A stretch of 64,000 nt of DNA from Prorocentrum cordatum (taxonomy: Eukaryota): positions 1,054,001 through 1,118,000 of the forward strand of contig CAUYUJ010000002.1 in NCBI GenBank assembly GCA_963575745.1. The letters run 5' to 3'. The notes beneath the pieces are model-generated. The model was not told where the DNA came from, did not search any database, and saw nothing but the letters and a program-made list of their open reading frames with translations. Below are positions 62,515-64,000 of this stretch, piece by piece (the first letter of the stretch is position 1; each line of letters opens with the position of its first letter). A program made the position numbers and the translations under genes.

Positions 62515-62902
62515 CCTCCTCCTACTCCTCCTCCTGATCGCGTCCGTCTCCTCCTCCTCCTCCTCCAACTTCCTCCTCCTCCTCCTCCTCATCCTCGTCT
62601 TGGTCGTGGTCGTGGACCCGGTCGTGGTCGTGGTCGTGGTCGTGGTCGTCGCCCCCTCCCTGGCAGAGAGAATTCGGAGAGGGCGGAGCAGGCCCGCAGG
62701 CCCAGCATGTGCACCTGCGCGACGGCGGGCAGCGGCTCCCCGGCGAACCTCGGCGGGCGTCGCTCGCCGCCGTCGGCAGCGTCGACGTCGGCGTCGGCGG
62801 CGTCGGCGGCGGCGTCGACGTCGGCGTCGCTGTTGCTGCCGCTGCTGCCTGCTGCCTGCTGCCTGCTGCCTGCTGCCTGCTGCCTGCTGCTGCTGCCTGC
62901 TG

Positions 62903-62946
<44 letters not shown>

Positions 62947-63010
62947 GACACGTCTGCGCGGACAAGCTTCGATGTGACCACCTGTACAAGAGAGGTGCAC
63001 CAGCGATCCA

Positions 63011-64000
63011 CTATTGGGACGCTGGTGCGGTAGCGGAGGAGACGAGCACCGCAGTGGCTCGCCCCAAGAGGACTGCAATCCGCTGCCACCAATCGCGGAG
63101 CGGCGACCGTGCACAACCCGTGCCACGGAGATGGCTCTGGTGCCGGGTGAGGCTTGCCAGCTGTTGCAGCAGACGCGTCAGCTGCGGCCCGTGGCGGCCG
63201 CCGAATTCAAGTGCAAGGCCTTGCACGCTGGTGCCGCCTCGAGCTGCATATTTTGTTACTTTCGCAGCCTCGGCAGCGGTCGCGCCAGCACCGGCGGTCG
63301 CCGAATGGCCGCGGCGGTTGTGTGTGCTGACGACTGTGAAGTCCCCGTGGAAAATTGGGAGCGAGCAGTGGCCCCAGAGCTGCACGTCCACGCGCGGCTC
63401 ACGCATGGTTGCCGTGGCCAGCTCTGGAAGCACGACCTCGCGTGTGGCTGCAAGGCCGGCTGTGCGAGCGCACGCCGCGAGCTCGTCGCAGACTCCATCA
63501 TGCAGACGGTTGTGGGCTCCACCGATCATGCAAGATATCGCGTGATCTCCAAGCTCGTCGAGTGCGTGGCCACAGACCCTTCCAGCACGCGTGCGGTGCT
63601 GACAAAAACACGCAACGCCGAAAAGCGGGAGCCGGAGACGCCGGCGGAAATTGATGCGGAACTCATCGTCCGACCAAGGGGCCAAATCCCCAGTGGCGTT
63701 GGCTGTGAAACCAAGCCCGCCTTCCGGGCCGCCTCCGGACAGCCAGTGTTTCCGCTGCTCAGGCGTCCCTGCAGAAAGTACGGCATCGGCCGCTCGGAGC
63801 ATCCACAATTTACGACGGTGCCGCAGCGCTGCGCCTGCAGCTACCGCGTGCTCGAGCGAAAATGTGTGGGCACCTGTTTGCGCATCAGGCTCCGGCTGCG
63901 GCATCCCCCACGCGTCGAGGAATACGCCGCTCGCCGCCAACCGGCCAAGGCAATCTCTGGCAGCAGCGAGCATGCCGGAGCGCTCGTACCCTACGCGGCG
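63011..64000 (-). mobile_element. 3' part of a CRE/SLACS-like non-LTR retrotransposon ORF (CCHC finger plus restriction-like endonuclease)
   Basis: RRRLRLPL, CGHALDELGDHAISC, RLHD, EPRVDV, GDFTVVS, AEAAKVTKY, LALEFGGRHG; short 3' UTR then an (AGC)n tail; runs off the window. Confidence 0.85.

Overview
Eukaryotic, GC-rich, repeat-saturated DNA that looks like a dinoflagellate nuclear genome. Evidence: relic DinoSL spliced-leader sequences, GA/GT donors with AG|G acceptors, and Copia/LINE families typical of the group. One intact host gene is present: a 5-exon UDP-glucose pyrophosphorylase on the minus strand (22077..17691, about 468 aa). It has an SL relic upstream, a long intronless first exon and introns built from hairpin MITE-like elements. 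The right half is dominated by one decayed giant Ty1/Copia LTR retrotransposon on the minus strand (about 32.25-58.46 kb, roughly 16 kb once nested insertions are removed). Its polyprotein reads gag, zinc knuckle, long linker, Tpt1/KptA RNA 2'-phosphotransferase domain, protease, cytosine-methyltransferase-like domain, integrase, RT, RNase H, and it carries about 10 copies of a GNRA-hairpin 14-mer. It is interrupted by young Helitron2-like non-autonomous elements inserted at AATT/AAT without a clear duplication, including tandem 639-bp concatemers and a 1.3-kb palindrome. The rest is LINE remnants (RNase H-bearing; CRE-like RLE type), MITEs, satellites and microsatellites. Most ORFs in the supplied track are artefacts of GC-rich repeats. 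All domain calls are by-eye motif recognition, not database results.
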